Source: a virus
Taxonomy: Duplodnaviria; Caudoviricetes
Strand: one strand, 5' to 3'
IMG/VR virus record: IMGVR_UViG_3300033067_000422
Location: 1 to 40,923 of that record
DNA length: 40,923 bases
Positions 10,210-19,741 of this stretch are shown here, one piece after another. A model generated the notes under the pieces. That model made no database searches, was not told the origin of the DNA, and saw only the letters and a program-made list of their open reading frames with translations. Position 1 is the stretch's first letter, and each line of letters opens with the position of its first letter. The position numbers and the translations under genes are program-made.

Positions 10210-12426
10210 TCAAGAGCCTTCCTCTTCAATGCCCCCGCTTTCTTCCGCGTCCTGCTTGTTCTGTTCTGCCTCATGCTCCATTTGGTCGTACTGCAAACTG
10301 CGATTAGCTTCTGCTTCCTGTACTGTATGTTCGTGTTCGGCTTCCTGCATACCGGCTGCATGTTCCGCAACGCTTTCCGCTGTTTCCTGTGCATCGCGCG
10401 CAATGTCTACTTTTTCGTCCTCAGTACGGAGTTTTGCTTGATCTGTACTTACGCCAGCTTCCTTTACAGCTACTTCACGCTCCATCAGGGCCAATTCACG
10501 ATCCTTGAGCGAAAGTTCTATCATTTTCTCGTCATGGCGGTTCTGCTCCGCTTGTGCCTTTAAAGCGAGTTCGGCTTGCGAGCGTGCGCTTTCCGCAGCA
10601 ATTTTAGCCTGATCGGATTGCTGTCCCGCCTGTATCTTGGCTTGATCCGTCTGTGCTTTGATACCTGCAATATCCATAGCGGACTTGGCCTTCGCTTCCG
10701 CATCACCAGCGCCCGGAGGCGGAGTAGGCTGCTTGTTCTCCAATGCTTTCTGTACTTTCTCGAACTCTTCTTCAATGACCCTCGATGCTGGGAAAGTACG
10801 AATAGTAAACATAAGCATGGAGCCAAGCAACGGCCCTAGTTCTGGCATAGTAGTGAGAGCGGGCACAGCCTGCTGCAAGAAAGCTCCGGCAGCACCGAGG
10901 AAGTCCATACGGTCTTTACGCTCTTGCTCTTGATCGGCCAGTAGTGTGCTATCCGTCTCAATATCAATTTTAGCGCACCGCATTTTCTCATTTTTGAGAA
11001 GCTCGACCGATGCTTGGAAAGCTTTAAAGACTTCCATTGCAGCGGGGTCCGTCTGCAACTGTTCTGCCGAAGGTACGTCAATACCGCCGTACACCGCGAA
11101 AGTAGCGGGAGAACAATGCTCCGATATAACCTCTCCAACAAGAGAGATAGTATCGCGTGCAAAGCGCTGCACCTCTTTCTGCATTTTACGTAGACGGGCA
11201 CCAGCCCAATTCTGCTTGATATTCTGCGCGCCTAGCGTTTCGGACGCCTTAGACTGCCCGCGAATAATATCAGAGAAGCCCGTAATTTCGTATATTTCGT
11301 TCTTACATATTTCGCGGGCTTGTATAGCCTGCATGAGTGTCGCAACTACAGCTTCAATAGGCACCCATTCGACTGAGCCTTTAATACCGCCATTTTGCGC
11401 AAAAGAAGTCCAGCCCTGCACGGCAATCATTTTATTACCGGCAGTAGGGTTAAGTAGATCGCGCAAGTTCTCCTGCGAGCCGTCGTATACGCCAGCTACG
11501 CGCAGCGCATCAGTCAAATACCGAATACGCTTTGTCAGGTTGTCAAGCTGCTTAGCCTGCGATTTGTACTGCGAAAACAGCGAACGCGGCACGAAAGTAC
11601 GCGTGTTAGATACTGCGCGGAGGGGGCGAGGACACGGGAAAAACCCTTTCAGCCCAAGCGGGTCTGCTTTAAAGTCAAGCAGTGACGGGTAGTCGGCACT
11701 CCACCAAAAGGCGTGCTTGGAGCCTTTATCCCAGATTTCCCATACTTCCGCTGTTTCGTCTTCGTTGAGATTGTCGCGGCTCTGCGACTCTTTTGTCTTG
11801 TACGCGATAGCGTCGGCAATCTCCTTGCCAAAACGCTCCGTCATTGCGTCCTTATTCATCCAGCAACGGCGCGCAACCCAAGGGACAGTTTTCCAGCCGC
11901 GCGATACGCCGCAAAGCCAATCCTGCCAGTACACATGGTCAATCAGTACGTCTTCGTCAATTATTTCGTCGTACGTCTCGCCGGTTTCGGTTTTCTTGCT
12001 TTCAAAAGTAGGGTCGTACCGTACCCATACTTGCCCAAGGCCGGGAAGCAGTAAGTCCTCTACTATGTTCTCCAAAGTATCGTCAAAGTCTTCCTCTTCG
12101 ACTACGTACTGCAAGCAGTTTTCAAGTAGCTGGCACGCAGTACGCGCAACCGGATTAGCTCGGTCCTTGTGGCGAAGCTGCACCTTAGCATTGGGCCGCT
12201 GCGCGTACAGGTTCGGCCTGATAGTTTCCGTGGACGAGTACAGTATGTTGTACTTATCTTCACTTAGGACAGTACCGCCACCTGCTTTCTGCATGCGGTA
12301 CGTATCAATAGTAGTATCGCCTTCATCCCAGAAGGTCTTAAAGCGCTTAATGCCCTTTTCAATTTCCTTGCCCCAGTACTCGCGTGAACGCGGGGAAACT
12401 GGCGTCTTTTCGGCATTTTTGGGCAT
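10210..12426 (-). CDS. Portal protein
   Basis: 738 aa directly after TerL; FFPCPRPL, IYEITGFSDIIRG and IDIETDST motifs; long C-terminal coiled coil (barrel-like). Confidence 0.88.
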   Translation of the reverse strand: MPKNAEKTPVSPRSREYWGKEIEKGIKRFKTFWDEGDTTIDTYRMQKAGGGTVLSEDKYNILYSSTETIRPNLYAQRPNAKVQLRHKDRANPVARTACQLLENCLQYVVEEEDFDDTLENIVEDLLLPGLGQVWVRYDPTFESKKTETGETYDEIIDEDVLIDHVYWQDWLCGVSRGWKTVPWVARRCWMNKDAMTERFGKEIADAIAYKTKESQSRDNLNEDETAEVWEIWDKGSKHAFWWSADYPSLLDFKADPLGLKGFFPCPRPLRAVSNTRTFVPRSLFSQYKSQAKQLDNLTKRIRYLTDALRVAGVYDGSQENLRDLLNPTAGNKMIAVQGWTSFAQNGGIKGSVEWVPIEAVVATLMQAIQAREICKNEIYEITGFSDIIRGQSKASETLGAQNIKQNWAGARLRKMQKEVQRFARDTISLVGEVISEHCSPATFAVYGGIDVPSAEQLQTDPAAMEVFKAFQASVELLKNEKMRCAKIDIETDSTLLADQEQERKDRMDFLGAAGAFLQQAVPALTTMPELGPLLGSMLMFTIRTFPASRVIEEEFEKVQKALENKQPTPPPGAGDAEAKAKSAMDIAGIKAQTDQAKIQAGQQSDQAKIAAESARSQAELALKAQAEQNRHDEKMIELSLKDRELALMEREVAVKEAGVSTDQAKLRTEDEKVDIARDAQETAESVAEHAAGMQEAEHEHTVQEAEANRSLQYDQMEHEAEQNKQDAEESGGIEEEGS

Positions 12427-13904
12427 CAGTCAACTTCCTCTAAAGCGTCCCACAGGTCGTTCATAGTGGCGTTTTGTATCAGCTTCAAGCGGCTCTGAAC
12501 AGGGGGCGCGGGCTTGGGTCTGCGCCATGGGCGAGACATAAAGCCGTACCGTAGCGCGTCCGGGGCATGGTCTTCGCCGTCTGTATCGCAATCCTCTGGA
12601 TCATTTAGGTCGTGCTGTAGCGCGGGCAAAGTACGAATGATATGTACGCATGTACTGAATACGTACCACATCGGCGTGCCTACGCCGTAATTTACATCGG
12701 GGTCGCCATCTATCCCGCACAAGCGGTCGCGTACGATATCCCAGCCAGCTATACGGCTGTTATCGGCTTTACGGAAAAATATATTCTCTACCGCCATGCG
12801 CTCGGCATGCGATGGACCGCTATCCGATTTATACGCGGACGGGTCAATAGTACCATATGTAATCCTGTCGCCTTTTTCGGCGCGGGCTATCTCCTGCGCT
12901 ACCCGTGTAGCGCTCCACCGTAGGCCGACGTTTGGAGTTCCATTCCACCCGTAAAGTTCTCTGTACGTGACGAGAGCGCCCGCTGGAATGTGGCCACCGT
13001 TCGGTAGGTCATATCCTTCACTGCACACGGCGTGCCAAAGAACAGAAAACGGGGTTGCCGACCCCCAATCCATACTACGGAACCTAAGCCAGTGATCGGG
13101 GATTTTAAATGGCTGTAGAACATGCTTTTGAGTACTAAATTCTGGAAAGTAAGCTCCGGTGATAACATTCCAGTCGCCTTCCAGCCACGCGCGTACAAGT
13201 TCGGGCGAGCCAATTTCACGCAAACGCGAAATATACCCCGGATCGTTGTCTAGCAGCTTTTTGTTGTCATATACCTTTGACGGTATGAACATTTTAGTAG
13301 TTACGAACCCGTCTTCGTCCGTGTTTTCGATAAGTTTAAAGCCATCGGGTGCTGGGTCAACAAAATACGCCTTAACCTCATGGTGGCCAACGCCGCCCGG
13401 ATTAGCTGAACAGCGAATACGTTTAAAAGGCACACCGCTAGCACTGCGCAAGCAAGCTTTAAGTTTTTTATACGACTTGAGATTGGGCCAGTTAGTAAGT
13501 TCGTCCCAGCCGATCCACGTGTACTGGTGTCCTTGGTACTTGTCACAGTCCGCCTCCGACTCTACATGCCGCATCTTTAAAGTGGCTCCCGATGGGAACA
13601 CAAATGTCTTGTCAGCAATCTTGTACACGGCCCCGTGAGGCTGGTATATCTCTTTTGCGCGTGTGATTAACTCTTCTAGTTCAGGATACGAACGCCGGAA
13701 GATAATACCACGCCACATGGAGCCTAGCTCAATGTCCTGTAGGAAGTCGCCTAGCAAGTAATCAGATTTACCGCCGCCACGCGCACCACCGAACATCAGT
13801 TCGCCAGCAAATTGAGCGGCTACAGCAAGAGATTGCGGCCCCGGCTGTGGCTCCCATAGCGGCGGGCCTCCACTATGCCCAATACCGGGGGACATATCAT
13901 TCAT
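12426..13904 (-). CDS. terL: Terminase large subunit
   Basis: Walker A GGARGGGKS, Walker B IGWDELT, SANPGG coupling motif, nuclease SMDWG and EDHAPDALRY. Start estimated at 13904. Confidence 0.95.
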   Translation of the reverse strand: MNDMSPGIGHSGGPPLWEPQPGPQSLAVAAQFAGELMFGGARGGGKSDYLLGDFLQDIELGSMWRGIIFRRSYPELEELITRAKEIYQPHGAVYKIADKTFVFPSGATLKMRHVESEADCDKYQGHQYTWIGWDELTNWPNLKSYKKLKACLRSASGVPFKRIRCSANPGGVGHHEVKAYFVDPAPDGFKLIENTDEDGFVTTKMFIPSKVYDNKKLLDNDPGYISRLREIGSPELVRAWLEGDWNVITGAYFPEFSTQKHVLQPFKIPDHWLRFRSMDWGSATPFSVLWHAVCSEGYDLPNGGHIPAGALVTYRELYGWNGTPNVGLRWSATRVAQEIARAEKGDRITYGTIDPSAYKSDSGPSHAERMAVENIFFRKADNSRIAGWDIVRDRLCGIDGDPDVNYGVGTPMWYVFSTCVHIIRTLPALQHDLNDPEDCDTDGEDHAPDALRYGFMSRPWRRPKPAPPVQSRLKLIQNATMNDLWDALEEVD

Positions 13905-14079
13905 CGGGCAGCTTGCTATGTATACGAGCGAGCCAATTATACTCCTCGGCTCCTTCCCCGCCATACACATTGTCGCCGTTACGACTTGTAATACGGGTTT
14001 TTAGATTGCCTTCTTCGTACAGCTTTTTACGCCGTTCAAAGCACTCTTGCTTGTTAGCGGGGCGTTTAAAGGTAGCCAT
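13897..14079 (-). CDS. Hypothetical protein (60 aa)
   Basis: Fills the gap between its neighbours in the same orientation. Confidence 0.5.
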   Translation of the reverse strand: MATFKRPANKQECFERRKKLYEEGNLKTRITSRNGDNVYGGEGAEEYNWLARIHSKLPDE

Positions 14080-14082
14080 AGT

Positions 14083-14304
14083 TCAATTTACTACTTTCGC
14101 TTCTCCGATACCATCCCCCTCTACCGGAATTTTGGCGTATTCCACTGTCGAGGTGAAGCACGCCGGACTACTAGTAGAGTGATCGTACCCGATGCACATT
14201 TGTACCAAATTCATCCACTTCATCAAGTCAGTATTTGGCACCCTATCTGGTACGCTGACATGGCGTTCGTGATCTTGGCACTTGCACTTATATGTAATTT
14301 TCAT
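14083..14304 (-). CDS. Hypothetical protein (73 aa, Cys/His-containing)
   Basis: ATGA overlap with the upstream gene; contains CKC...DH...PAC. Confidence 0.55.
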   Translation of the reverse strand: MKITYKCKCQDHERHVSVPDRVPNTDLMKWMNLVQMCIGYDHSTSSPACFTSTVEYAKIPVEGDGIGEAKVVN

Positions 14305-14804
14305 AGCTCGATACCCGCAAAAGGACTGACTTCTTCAAATACCGCCTCTTCAACCGCCACGGCGGGCTTGGCCAACTGCTTTACAGTCTGGTCCTTCATC
14401 TGCAACCACTGCTCGTAGTTATCGGCGCGCGGCATAACATTAGCTATATTGACAGTTACGTTTGTGCTGGCGCCGTCCGCGTCTTTGGCAAATTCAGGTA
14501 CTTTTGCCTTTAAAAGCGTTGTCAGTAGGCTATCCGAGTAGGACGTTTTCCCCCCAACTACAATGCCTTTATAGTATACATCTTCCTGTACACCATGTAC
14601 GGCTCGTTGTATAGCGGCGCTTACTAGCCCCTGTGTACCGACGCGCTCTGCTTCCTGTAGTTCCGCGTGTACTTTTTTGTCGTCGCGCCGCCACTGCTCG
14701 ACAAATATAAGAGACACGCCGGTAGCCTTGCAAGCCGCCAGCATATCGCCGCAGTTAGCCTGTAAATGCTCTTTGAGCGAGGCAAGAGTTAGCTCGGTAC
14801 GCAC
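14301..14804 (-). CDS. terS: Terminase small subunit (putative)
   Basis: HTH-like ACKATGVS...WRRDD, then AIQRAVHGVQEDVYYKG...YSDSLLTTLLKA; upstream of TerL; GTG start just after the previous stop. Confidence 0.75.
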   Translation of the reverse strand: MRTELTLASLKEHLQANCGDMLAACKATGVSLIFVEQWRRDDKKVHAELQEAERVGTQGLVSAAIQRAVHGVQEDVYYKGIVVGGKTSYSDSLLTTLLKAKVPEFAKDADGASTNVTVNIANVMPRADNYEQWLQMKDQTVKQLAKPAVAVEEAVFEEVSPFAGIEL

Positions 14805-14805
14805 T

Positions 14806-15066
14806 TTAACGGATGCAAAAAGTACCAGTAGCGGTAGTAAGGTCCGCCCAGCAGCCCGCGCCAAAGTTCATCTTGAGCGGGTACACGCCACCAGCAGTCA
14901 CCGGCATGGACGCCAGCGCAATTGACCCGCCCGCGTTAGTATTACGCAATTGCAGCGTACCCGTCACAGAACAGATAAATTGGTTCACGATGACCGACGC
15001 ACCCGAAGTACCGACAACGCCAGAGGCGGCAAGCGCTACGGGGCTGTACCCTTCTTCAATGTTCAT
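14806..15066 (-). CDS. Small beta-rich virion protein (putative)
   Basis: 86 aa from ATG 15066 with GGAG RBS; jelly-roll-like composition. Confidence 0.6.
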   Translation of the reverse strand: MNIEEGYSPVALAASGVVGTSGASVIVNQFICSVTGTLQLRNTNAGGSIALASMPVTAGGVYPLKMNFGAGCWADLTTATGTFCIR

Positions 15067-15106
15067 AGGAAGCTCCAAAAACGGCGGAAATTCGCCACGC
15101 GCGGGC

Positions 15107-15136
15107 GTTTGTGCGCGATCCCGCGCCACCTGTCAA
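15107..15136 (-). promoter_or_regulatory. Sigma70-type promoter TTGACA-N17-CACAAA
   Basis: Minus strand TTGACA (15136-15131), 17-bp spacer, CACAAAC. Same elements as the promoter at 16268-16297. Confidence 0.65.
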
Positions 15137-15151
15137 GATAGGTTAAAGCCA

Positions 15152-16240
15152 TCAGGAGCCGAGGCGGTACGTCACAAAAGTATTAGCCGCTGTCTTACGC
15201 GTGCGCCACCTAGAAGTTGTACTGATAGCAGTCGTCGCTAGACCTACTATAGTGTGTCCAGTACCCGCCAGTAGCGTTATTACACCCGTGGCAGACCCCA
15301 GATTGATAAGGTGCCAATCGAATGAGGTATTAACCGCTCCCGCGCCACCCAGCACACCAGCATTAGATAGCGTACCCGTCGGGAGCGTATAGCTCACCGC
15401 CGCCGCCGACGTACCAGTAATAATACCAGTTAGCAACTCTGCGATAGTTAGCGTAACCGCAGTAGTTTTAGCCGTGGGCGTCGGTTGGCTCCGGAATAAA
15501 TTAGTATTAACTACTACGTTAGTCCCAGTTACCGCCGCTGGCGTAGTCGCGCCCACCGTTGCGCCATTCACAGTGCCGCCCGTTATAGCCACCGCGCTAG
15601 CCGCTTGCGTAGACATAGTACCCAAGCCTAGCAGTGTACTGACCTGCGCCGCCGACAGCGCAATAGGCACCGCCGCCCCACCCGTGTTGTTCCCTATAAT
15701 AGAGTTCGCAGCTAAGTTAGCCATACGTGCGAGCGTCACATGCCCCGCGTCCACCGATGCACTTAAAGCAATCGCCGCCGAGCCGTCAAAAGCCACACCC
15801 GCCGCTGTAATACCGCCACCACTGATAGATATATTACGCGGTGTAGTAAGCGTAGCTACTGAAGTCTGGTCGCCGCTATTAGTGCCAGTCAGCCCTAGAT
15901 CGGTCTTGAGCGTTGCCAGTGTCTGTACTTCTGGAATACCTACGCCAGCAGTCTTCCTGTAGAATACTGTGCCAGACGCAACATTAGCCTGTTTGCCAAG
16001 CGTGACTACGCCATTGTTAATAGTTATTACAGTGCCAGTGCCCGATACAGTTACGTCCCCGTACGCGCCATCTGCTAGGCCACCACTCCCCCCTCCGCTG
16101 ATTTGTTTTACGGCTGTGCCGTTGTAGTAGTACGCTTTGTCTGTAGCACTGTCGATTATTATAGGAGAGCCTTCGCCGTTGTTGTTCTGAAATAGAGCGG
16201 CAGGCGGTACACCGTTGTTTGTATAAACCCAAATAGACAT
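15152..16240 (-). CDS. Fibre/spike-like structural protein (Gly/Thr/Ala-rich)
   Basis: 362 aa from ATG 16240 (AAAGG RBS); repeats such as DGAYGDVTVSG, VTLARMANLAANSIIGNNTG and LGLGTMSTQAASAVAITGG are typical of phage fibres. Confidence 0.65.
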   Translation of the reverse strand: MSIWVYTNNGVPPAALFQNNNGEGSPIIIDSATDKAYYYNGTAVKQISGGGSGGLADGAYGDVTVSGTGTVITINNGVVTLGKQANVASGTVFYRKTAGVGIPEVQTLATLKTDLGLTGTNSGDQTSVATLTTPRNISISGGGITAAGVAFDGSAAIALSASVDAGHVTLARMANLAANSIIGNNTGGAAVPIALSAAQVSTLLGLGTMSTQAASAVAITGGTVNGATVGATTPAAVTGTNVVVNTNLFRSQPTPTAKTTAVTLTIAELLTGIITGTSAAAVSYTLPTGTLSNAGVLGGAGAVNTSFDWHLINLGSATGVITLLAGTGHTIVGLATTAISTTSRWRTRKTAANTFVTYRLGS

Positions 16241-16267
16241 AGTGGGGCCTTTCGGTTGCTTTAAGCG

Positions 16268-16297
16268 GTTTGTGGCGTTGATGGTTTGGCCTGTCAA
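16268..16297 (-). promoter_or_regulatory. Sigma70-type promoter TTGACA-N17-CACAAA at the head of the structural arm
   Basis: Minus strand TTGACA (16297-16292), 17-bp spacer, CACAAAC. Confidence 0.65.
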
Positions 16298-16889
16298 GTT
16301 CCTTTTGTGCGGGTGTGGGCCGTGGTCGATTACCTAAAGTAGTTTACTTGTAGGGCTGTGCGGAACTTTAGTACTAACTCTATTGTACAAAAATGAAAAA
16401 TTTTGGTGTGCTGGTATCCTGTACAAGTACACCCCGCCCTGCCGATTGACCCGGTGGCGGGGTACATATCAAGTACAAAAGGGGAACAGACCAAGAACAA
16501 ATCAATACTCGACCAAAACATTTAACATAATACATATTATCAATCAAGGCGAAGTACTTTAAAGTAGTTATGTAGAATTTCGAGTGAGAGCACGTAATCC
16601 ACACTCATATCTCAAAGTATTCAAGTATAGCCAAGTAACCACAGCCTGCCCGGCGCTGTACTTATTTAAATGTATAGGTTGTTAATGTGCATCTGACTAA
16701 CAACAGGTACATATAACTGTTTTCCGAAACATGTCCTTATATATGTACATATCTATCTATACTAAAAAACCCTATATATAAAAATATCGCTAAGTATAGA
16801 AACGCCTAGCGGACGGCTTATGGTGGCAGACTTACCCATGGATACCCCCTCGACCCCCAAAATGGCCAAACTGGAAACACCCACATTTG

Positions 16890-16902
16890 TAAGCCCTTGA
16901 TT
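16890..16902 (-). promoter_or_regulatory. IHF-binding consensus match
   Basis: Minus strand AATCAAGGGCTTA matches WATCAANNNNTTR exactly. Confidence 0.5.
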
Positions 16903-16921
16903 TTGCTGGCTTTTCGACCAC

Positions 16922-16930
16922 TTATCCACA
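16922..16930 (+). promoter_or_regulatory. DnaA-box consensus match
   Basis: Perfect TTATCCACA; a one-mismatch copy TAATCCACA lies at 16595-16603. Confidence 0.45.
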
Positions 16931-17023
16931 TTTAACTGAATAGATTAAAATTTAAATCTAAGGTCCCTTTTATTTCCTCAATTCCAGACATATAGATAGT
17001 GCCCTTTTAGCGGAGTTAATCAA

Positions 17024-17512
17024 ATGTCTACTAAATCACGTATAGTCATGCGTCCTTGGCTTACTAAAAAGTACTATGACTTATTGTTCCGGTCTACAGT
17101 ACTACACATTGATATAGTTGCTTATCGGTCGGATAACTTTAAAGGCGCGTTCTTTGAGGTAACGGCGCGGCAAGCCGGGGAAACGGTATTAGCGCGGGAT
17201 GTGTACACCCTGGACGGTCAAGCGGGGCTTGTGCTGTGCCCGCATGCAGTTGAACTAACGCAGCGGATTATTTGGACGCGTACAACACACCCAATTTTCC
17301 GGGTTGTACATAAGGCGCTAGTCCGCTTGGCGGCTGTGCCAGTGCCGGGTTTCGTCATTGTGCCACATTTCCATTATATCGGCGTGCCCGACTGTGACCC
17401 ATGGCCACGGGGCATGGCTAACGGCTTCCGGTACAGCCGCAAGGCGGGAGCGATGGCGTCCGATGCACTCCCCGCGCCTAGCGCTTTTGATGCCTTTAAA
17501 GGTATCCTGTGA
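17024..17512 (+). CDS. Hypothetical early protein (162 aa)
   Basis: GGAG RBS; first ORF of the plus arm. Confidence 0.7.
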   Translation: MSTKSRIVMRPWLTKKYYDLLFRSTVLHIDIVAYRSDNFKGAFFEVTARQAGETVLARDVYTLDGQAGLVLCPHAVELTQRIIWTRTTHPIFRVVHKALVRLAAVPVPGFVIVPHFHYIGVPDCDPWPRGMANGFRYSRKAGAMASDALPAPSAFDAFKGIL

Positions 17513-17516
17513 CGCT

Positions 17517-17560
17517 GGGCGGATTAATCGCTTTTAGTATTTAATCCGCCCGGATTAATC
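17517..17560. repeat. Three alternating copies of CGGATTAA forming two overlapping inverted repeats
   Basis: GGGCGGATTAA (17517-17527), TTAATCCGCCC (17541-17551), CGGATTAATC (17551-17560). Confidence 0.7.
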
Positions 17561-17741
17561 GTGTACCAGATAGGTTAGAATGCGAAGATTGATACGCGCC
17601 TAGCCATACAGCCAAATTGTACTAGACGCGCTCTACGGGGCTTAAAACGGCTTCTAGGGCATAGTGTGGTTTGGCATGGTACTTGCAACGCATGCGGGCG
17701 CGTTCCCCTGTACGTTGTCGGCATTATTTACATTTGGGGGC

Positions 17742-17770
17742 TTGTAATCCGTTTAAAGCGGGCGTAGATA
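17742..17770 (+). promoter_or_regulatory. Putative early promoter TTGTAA-N17-TAGATA
   Basis: 17-bp spacing, about 40 bp upstream of the SprT-like gene; the spacer contains GTTTAAAG. Confidence 0.45.
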
Positions 17771-17812
17771 CTAGGGCACGGGCAGTGTGCCCGCTTTGAA
17801 AGGACCACGGCA

Positions 17813-18409
17813 ATGACAGTTATCTATGACACCCGCGAAGAATGGCTAAACGCGTTCATCGACGCCAGCCGCGCTCAATTCGATGCGGCGGACGCGCCTC
17901 TACCTTTGAATGTACGCGTTGCGGTCGGCTTCACTAGCAAAGGCGCGCGCGGCAATCGCATTGGTGAATGCTGGGGGCAGGAAGCAAGCGACGACGGCCA
18001 TTTTGAGATATTCATTAAGCCGACACTGGTAGACGCTGCCCGCATTTGCGACGTTATGACGCATGAGCTTGTACATGCCGCCGTAGGGCTTGGCGCAGGC
18101 CACGGCCCTAGCTTCCGGCGCGTTGCACTGGCGCTTGGTCTGGAAGGCAAAATGACGGCTACCACGGCTAGCGCCAAGTGGTACGCATGGGCCTTGCCAA
18201 TTATCGAAAGCCTAGGGCCTCTCCCCTACGCTGCCCTGCATGGCTCGATGAATACCGGACGCCCGAAACAGGCAACTAGCTTGCTCAAGGCGGAGTGCCC
18301 AGCTTGCGGGTTTCTTGCCCGTATCACCGCGAAGCATATCACGCCACATAGCCACCTCAATTGCCCAGTGCCCGATTGCATCGGCACACTTTTGACAGAC
18401 CTCGACTAA
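17813..18409 (+). CDS. SprT-like zinc metallopeptidase with C-terminal Zn ribbon
   Basis: HELVH (HExxH) followed by GHGPSF; C-terminal CPACG...CPVPDC. Confidence 0.8.
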   Translation: MTVIYDTREEWLNAFIDASRAQFDAADAPLPLNVRVAVGFTSKGARGNRIGECWGQEASDDGHFEIFIKPTLVDAARICDVMTHELVHAAVGLGAGHGPSFRRVALALGLEGKMTATTASAKWYAWALPIIESLGPLPYAALHGSMNTGRPKQATSLLKAECPACGFLARITAKHITPHSHLNCPVPDCIGTLLTDLD

Positions 18410-18451
18410 TCCAGTAAGCAACCGCCACCACGGCAAGCGAAAGGTAATGCA

Positions 18452-19741
18452 ATGTCAGCCACGAACGAACGGATCGAGCGCCTAGTGCGCAAGGCAGCGG
18501 AAGCCAACCGCTCCGCGATACTGGCCCCGCGCAACATCGACCATCACGTGCGCGGGTACCTCGAAGAACTAGCCACGGCTTGCGGCGCTACTTATGCCAG
18601 TGCGCAGAGTGCAAGCGAACGTGACCTAATCGCGCTGTACGATACGGCGCGCAAGGCCCCGCAAAGCGCTATCGCGGTAGCGCGTACGCTGGGACGCAAG
18701 TATTCCGGCGCGTCCCCGGTTGCGAGTGACCCCGCCCCTAGCGTGCAAATGCAGGAGGTTAACGCCACCACCATAGAGCGCGCCCTTGGCTATCTCCCAC
18801 CGTCATTGACCGAAGTGTTATCGGAACTGGGCGAGCGCTTTAAAGCGCAAGGGCGCGAAGCGGTACTTGCTCACAATACCCGGCTAGACAAGTTTGTTGG
18901 TTGCTTCGAGGAGGCGCTACCCGGCATGGTGGCGAGCGCTTTAAAGGCACTCACGCCCACAACCCTAGTAATCCAAAAGCCTAACTCCGCGCCAGAGCCT
19001 ACCGGCGCGGTACATTTCCAGACCCCGCGCATTTTGCGTGCCTTGAACGCGCGCTTGAACGTCTACTTGAACGGCCCAGCCGGGAGCGGCAAAACGACTA
19101 GCGCGCAAGTATGCGCTAAGGCCCTTGGCGTCCCCCTGTACTGCACGGCCAAAGTAGAAAGCGAATATTTGCTCCTAGGCTTCCGCGACGCGCGCGGGGA
19201 GACAGTGCGGACGCAATTCCGCGAAGCCTATGAACATGGCGGGTTGTTCCTGTTTGACGAACTAGACGGCTCAAGCCCTAGCGCCATCGTGGCGCTCAAT
19301 AGGGCACTGGCAAACAAGGTGTGCGCCTTCCCAGACGGCAACGTGCCGATGCACGCTGACTTCTACTGTCTGGCGGCTGGCAATACTGCACTGACTGGCG
19401 CAACCCGCGCTTATCAGGGGCGAAGCGCTCTTGACGGCGCGTCCATCGACCGTTTCTATTTTATCGACTTCCCGTACGATGAAGTACTGGAGCGCTCGCT
19501 CGCCACTAACGCCGGATGGTGCATGCACGTCCAAGCAATCCGCGCGGCTGTACGTGAACGGGGCTTGGAGGTCATTATATCGCCGCGCGCTACTTTCGAC
19601 GGCTGCAAGGCGCTTGAAGCCGGGGAGACTTGGGAAGACGTAGAGCGCGCAACTTGCTTTAAAGGGCTTGATGATGCGACTGTGCAGCAACTTAAGGGTG
19701 CGCTTATTAATCCGCTTATTAGCAACAGGAGCGCGGCGTAA
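18452..19741 (+). CDS. MoxR/CbbQ-type AAA+ ATPase
   Basis: Walker A GPAGSGKT, Walker B FLFDELD, sensor-1 AAGNT, Arg finger LDGASIDRF, ISPRA lid motif. Confidence 0.88.
   Translation: MSATNERIERLVRKAAEANRSAILAPRNIDHHVRGYLEELATACGATYASAQSASERDLIALYDTARKAPQSAIAVARTLGRKYSGASPVASDPAPSVQMQEVNATTIERALGYLPPSLTEVLSELGERFKAQGREAVLAHNTRLDKFVGCFEEALPGMVASALKALTPTTLVIQKPNSAPEPTGAVHFQTPRILRALNARLNVYLNGPAGSGKTTSAQVCAKALGVPLYCTAKVESEYLLLGFRDARGETVRTQFREAYEHGGLFLFDELDGSSPSAIVALNRALANKVCAFPDGNVPMHADFYCLAAGNTALTGATRAYQGRSALDGASIDRFYFIDFPYDEVLERSLATNAGWCMHVQAIRAAVRERGLEVIISPRATFDGCKALEAGETWEDVERATCFKGLDDATVQQLKGALINPLISNRSAA

Larger units (their letters stand above)
16300..17020. other. AT-rich non-coding divergence region (candidate origin / packaging site / physical genome end)
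   Basis: Largest intergenic gap, between the two divergent arms; strongly AT-rich at ~16480-16800 and 16920-17020. Confidence 0.6.

Noticed and set aside
14-16232. Many plus-strand ORFs of 60-250 aa over the structural arm (e.g. 10946-11692, 11717-12466)
   Set aside because: They are antisense shadows of well-supported minus-strand genes, with no RBS context or recognisable motifs.
16330-16604. Two short minus-strand ORFs in the divergence region
   Set aside because: No RBS, atypical composition, and they lie upstream of the late promoter; likely non-coding.
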